Below are positions 16,207-20,000 of a stretch of 20,000 nucleotides of DNA, in pieces. Source of the stretch: an uncultured virus (IMG/VR IMGVR_UViG_3300025168_000060). Taxonomy: Duplodnaviria; Heunggongvirae; Uroviricota; Caudoviricetes. Numbering within the stretch: position 1 is the first letter of the stretch; each line of letters starts with the position of its first letter. Where the stretch lies: the IMG/VR virus record IMGVR_UViG_3300025168_000060, one strand, 5' to 3'. Below the pieces are notes generated by a model. It searched no databases and was not told the origin of the DNA. It saw nothing but the letters and a program-made list of their open reading frames with translations. A program made the position numbers and the translations under genes.

Positions 16207-18678
16207 ATGCAAGAATTTTATACAAACGTTTCACCTTACGGTGATGAATTATTGGTACGAGGTTTCACAGGCGGTAAAAGATTTACTGATAGACTTCGTT
16301 ATGCACCAAAACTATATCATCCGTACAAAGGTAAAACTACACACAAATCCTTAGATGGCACACCTCTTATAGCGAGAACTTGTAAGACAGTTAAAGAAGC
16401 AAGAATACTCATTAAGAGATATGAAGACCACCCTAACTTTTTATATGGCACAGATAGATGGCAATATCAATACATGGCAGACTATTGGCCTGGCGAAATT
16501 GAATATGATAAAGAGAAATTAAGAATATACACAATTGATATTGAAGTTGAAAGTGAGTATGGTTTTCCACATGTAGATGACGCTGACGAGAAAATGATTT
16601 GTATTACAATCAAAGACCAAATCAAAAAACAATTTCTTGTATGGGGTATGGCAGATTACAAAGTCTCTAAAGACAATGTAAGTTATGTAAAATGTAAAGA
16701 TGAAAAAGATTTACTTATTAAGTTTCTAAAGTTTTGGCGTGAATATACACCTGATGTTGTTACAGGTTGGAATAGTAAATACTTTGATATGCCATATCTT
16801 ATCAATAGAACAAAGAAGGTATTAGGTGAACATGCTATCAAAAGATATTCACCTTGGGATATAGTTGATGAATCTACTGCCTATCACAATGGCAGACAAG
16901 TTACATTTTTTAGATTACTAGGCATTGCTCAACTTGACTATCTACAATTGTATGCCAAATTTACAATTAAGAACCAAGAACGATATACACTTGACCATAT
17001 TGCCTTTGTTGAGTTAGGTGAGCAAAAAGATAAAAACCCATATGATACTTTCAAAGAATGGTATCAAAATGACATACAATCTTTTATTGATTACAATGTC
17101 ATTGACGTTGAACTTGTTGATAAACTAGAAGATAGATTACAACTGATTGAACTTGCATTAACAATGGCATATCATGCCAAAGCAAATTATGAAGATGTAT
17201 TCTCACAGGTTAGAATGTGGGATACAATTATCTTTAATGAATTGTTAAAAGATAATATTGTCGTACCAATGAGAAAGGTTGGTCGTATAGAAGCAAAAGA
17301 ACTTGTAGGTGCATATGTAAAAGAACCTAAGACAGGTTTCCATGAATGGGTTGTCTCTTTTGATTTGAACTCACTATATCCTCATTTGATTATGCAATAC
17401 AACATATCACCTGAAACAATACTAGAAGGCCAAAAAGATATTACCATAGATAAACTTATTAGCAAAGAAATTGATACAACAGACGGTCATTGTTTGGCTG
17501 CAAATGGCACAATGTATAAATCAGATAAACAAGGTATGTTGCCACGAATTATACAAAAAGAATATAATGCTCGTACAATTTTTAAAAAGAAAATGTTAGA
17601 AGCAGAACAAATGTATGCCAACACAAAAGATAAGAAGTATGAAAAACTGGCACGTAAGTATTACATAGTACAACACTCTAAAAAGATATCATTGAATAGT
17701 GCTTACGGTGCAATTGGTAACAAATACTTTAGATACTATGACCACAGACAGGCAGAAGCAATCACCATGTCAGGTCAATTAAATATTAAGTGGATTGAGA
17801 AGAAACTAAACGAATACTTTAACAAGTTATACAATACAAATGATGATTACATCATTGCTTCAGACACAGATTCCGTGTATATCAATATGGCGCCACTTGT
17901 AAAAATGACTGGCGCAACAGACAAAGTAAAGATTGTAAAGGCACTTGACAAGTTTTGTAAAGAAAAGGTAGAACCATATATCGCCACAGTTTACAAAGAA
18001 CTGGCTGACTATATGAATGTGTATCAACAAAAGATGGAAATGGCAAGAGAAGTTATTGCTGATAGAGGTATCTGGACGGCAAAGAAAAGATATATTTTGA
18101 ATGTACATAATAGTGAAGGTGTACAATATCCTGAACCTAAGTTAAAGATTATGGGTATAGAAGCAGTAAAGACATCAACGCCATTACCTTGTAGAGATAA
18201 GTTAAAAGAATGTTTTAAGATACTAATGAATGGTGATGAAAAAGAAATGAAAGAGTTTTGTGTAAATTTCAGACGTGAGTTTGAACTATTACCACCTGAA
18301 GACATAGGTTTCCCTCGTAGTGTAAACAATGTAGAAAAGTATTCTGATACAACATCTATATACAAGAAAGGTACACCAATGCATGTCAAAGGTGCATTAC
18401 TATATAATCATCTATTGAAAACAAAAAAAGTATCACACAAACACCAAACAATATATGAAGGTGATAAAGGTAAGTTTGTCCATCTAAGAAAGAATCCTTG
18501 GAATGCCAATGTCATTACGTTCATTGGTAGTTTGCCAACAGAATTTGATATGCACAAACTCATTGACTATGAACAACAATTTACTAAATCATTTATGGAT
18601 CCTCTACGATTTATATTAGAAGCAATAAACTGGAAAGTGGATGCAAGTGATAGTAATACAATTGAGGATTTCTTTTGA
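16207..18678 (+). CDS. 43: T4-like gp43 family B DNA polymerase
   Basis: Exonuclease motifs DIEV, GWNSKYFD and YNVIDV. Polymerase motifs SFDLNSLYPH, KISLNSAYG, SDTDS and KKRY. C-terminal clamp-binding tail IEDFF. Confidence 0.98.
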   Translation: MQEFYTNVSPYGDELLVRGFTGGKRFTDRLRYAPKLYHPYKGKTTHKSLDGTPLIARTCKTVKEARILIKRYEDHPNFLYGTDRWQYQYMADYWPGEIEYDKEKLRIYTIDIEVESEYGFPHVDDADEKMICITIKDQIKKQFLVWGMADYKVSKDNVSYVKCKDEKDLLIKFLKFWREYTPDVVTGWNSKYFDMPYLINRTKKVLGEHAIKRYSPWDIVDESTAYHNGRQVTFFRLLGIAQLDYLQLYAKFTIKNQERYTLDHIAFVELGEQKDKNPYDTFKEWYQNDIQSFIDYNVIDVELVDKLEDRLQLIELALTMAYHAKANYEDVFSQVRMWDTIIFNELLKDNIVVPMRKVGRIEAKELVGAYVKEPKTGFHEWVVSFDLNSLYPHLIMQYNISPETILEGQKDITIDKLISKEIDTTDGHCLAANGTMYKSDKQGMLPRIIQKEYNARTIFKKKMLEAEQMYANTKDKKYEKLARKYYIVQHSKKISLNSAYGAIGNKYFRYYDHRQAEAITMSGQLNIKWIEKKLNEYFNKLYNTNDDYIIASDTDSVYINMAPLVKMTGATDKVKIVKALDKFCKEKVEPYIATVYKELADYMNVYQQKMEMAREVIADRGIWTAKKRYILNVHNSEGVQYPEPKLKIMGIEAVKTSTPLPCRDKLKECFKILMNGDEKEMKEFCVNFRREFELLPPEDIGFPRSVNNVEKYSDTTSIYKKGTPMHVKGALLYNHLLKTKKVSHKHQTIYEGDKGKFVHLRKNPWNANVITFIGSLPTEFDMHKLIDYEQQFTKSFMDPLRFILEAINWKVDASDSNTIEDFF

Positions 18679-19151
18679 TATCTAATCCAAGTTTAAGAAA
18701 AGCAAGAACTAACGGCATGTCATATGAAAAGAAATTTGAATTGTTTTGTAATTCAAAAGGTATTGGTAGTGTATATCACACTAGATGGTCAAGGAGTGGT
18801 ACAGGTTCTTTTGATGATGATAACAAGATATTAGTAAAAGACTTTCCATATGAAAGTATCTACCCAGGTCGTATATGTAAAACAGAATTTGTGTTAATAC
18901 TCAACGATAGAAGAATAAGAATAGAGTTTAAATCTCAGGATATGCCAGGTTCAACTGATGAAAAAATACCATATCTTTTAGAAAATGTAAGACATAGTTT
19001 TCCTGAAGATGAAGTAATACTTGGTATTATAGGACAAGGATGGCGACCAGGTATAAAAGAATATGTAAATAAACAAAAATTTAAGAATAAAAAAGTTTTA
19101 ATTTTTTATGATTATGATAAACTAGAGGAATATGTGAGTACAATTGTATGA
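18675..19151 (+). CDS. PD-(D/E)XK nuclease superfamily protein
   Basis: ARTNGMSYE..TEFVL..RIEFKSQ..PGSTDEKIPY..IIGQGW. TTG start coupled to the gp43 stop. Alternative ATG at 18717. Confidence 0.7.
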   Translation: MISNPSLRKARTNGMSYEKKFELFCNSKGIGSVYHTRWSRSGTGSFDDDNKILVKDFPYESIYPGRICKTEFVLILNDRRIRIEFKSQDMPGSTDEKIPYLLENVRHSFPEDEVILGIIGQGWRPGIKEYVNKQKFKNKKVLIFYDYDKLEEYVSTIV

Positions 19152-20000
19152 TATTAAATGACCAAGACAGTACCTGGGCAATGAATTACTTTATTGAATA
19201 CTTTGGCCAATTTGAAAGAATTGACCAGTATCTTAAAGAACAAAAACTAGAGCAAGTTAAATCTTTTCCATTTCAGTTACCTGGTATGGCAGATGAAGAT
19301 GATTTCTTTTCTACATTTGATATACACCCACATGATATGAAATTTAGTGTGACGATACCTAATGGTCAGATATTTGACCGTATGTTAAACAAGACATCTA
19401 GTCATACAAACATGTCATCTATACCTGGTAAGTCAATACGTTTATTAGTAACAGAAACAACGACCAATACTATTGTAGGTTTTATAAGACTAGGTAGTCC
19501 AGTTATTAACAGTAAGCCACGAAATGATTTTTTAGGCAGACCACTGGCAACAACAGACTTAAAAGAAATGGGTCGTTTCAATGCGAGTGCCATTATGGGT
19601 TTTGTTATAGTACCTACACAACCTTTTGGTTATAACTATCTAGGTGGCAAACTATTAGCCGCCATATGTTGTAGTCATCATGTCCGTAATTTACTAAATA
19701 AAAAGTACGATACAAATATATGTTTGTTTGAAACAACTAGTTTATATGGTAGTAGTAAGTCCTCAAGTCAATATGATGGCATGAAACCGTATCTGAGATT
19801 TAAAGGATTAACAGATAGTAATTTTTTACCACTATTACATGGTGACGCCTTTAAACAAATGAACAAATGGTTTACAGAAAGAAATGAAAACACACCTTTA
19901 GTTGACCCAGAAGCAAGTAGTAGAAAACTTAAAACTCAACAAAAGATGGTATCTGTTATAAAGGAATCATTAAAGAAACACAATTCAAACTTATATGAAA
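19148..20000 (+). CDS. DUF4338 / DruA-like protein, paralog 2 (3'-truncated by the window; absent from the ORF track)
   Basis: Manual translation is open from ATG 19148 (ATGA overlap) to the window end: PGKSIRLLV..VGFIRLGSP..PRNDFLG..IVPTQPFGYNYLGGKLLAAICCS..ETTSLYG..SQYDG. Confidence 0.85.
   Translation, partial: MILNDQDSTWAMNYFIEYFGQFERIDQYLKEQKLEQVKSFPFQLPGMADEDDFFSTFDIHPHDMKFSVTIPNGQIFDRMLNKTSSHTNMSSIPGKSIRLLVTETTTNTIVGFIRLGSPVINSKPRNDFLGRPLATTDLKEMGRFNASAIMGFVIVPTQPFGYNYLGGKLLAAICCSHHVRNLLNKKYDTNICLFETTSLYGSSKSSSQYDGMKPYLRFKGLTDSNFLPLLHGDAFKQMNKWFTERNENTPLVDPEASSRKLKTQQKMVSVIKESLKKHNSNLYE

Noticed and set aside
16207..18678. Intein, intron or split in gp43
   Set aside because: The 823-aa ORF is continuous with all motifs at normal spacing.
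620..19593. All minus-strand ORFs in the track (e.g. 10525-10929, 15486-15959, 18024-18389)
   Set aside because: They are antisense shadows of well-supported + strand genes, with no recognisable motifs or SD sequences.
1..20000. Alternative genetic code, CRISPR array or transposon
   Set aside because: Core genes are full length in code 11 and end in TAA/TGA/TAG. No regularly spaced repeats or transposase motifs were seen.

Overview
AT-rich, fully co-oriented (+ strand) segment of a T4-like marine myovirus, probably infecting an alphaproteobacterium such as SAR11 (inference). It carries the T4 replication/recombination module gp47-gp46 ... gp45-gp44-gp62-regA-gp43. Accessory genes are interleaved: a flavin-dependent tryptophan-halogenase-like gene, three 2OG-Fe(II) oxygenases, a T4 beta-glucosyltransferase-like GT-B enzyme, two DUF4338/DruA-like paralogs, a CobT-like VWA/metallopeptidase plus CobS-like AAA ATPase, ribosomal protein bS21, a small HTH-like protein, Hsp20, DUF3310 and a PD-(D/E)XK nuclease. 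The most unusual element is a 74-nt tRNA-Gly(UCC) cloverleaf at 11344-11417. It keeps the GlyRS identity elements but has lost the conserved T-loop and D-loop elbow nucleotides, so it is a candidate non-proteinogenic glycyl donor, possibly for DNA hypermodification. Also seen: a ROSE-like RNA thermometer on hsp20, an alphaproteobacterial LexA box, a family of five sigma70-type promoters, and predicted (near-)leaderless transcripts. All family calls come from motif recognition, not database searches.
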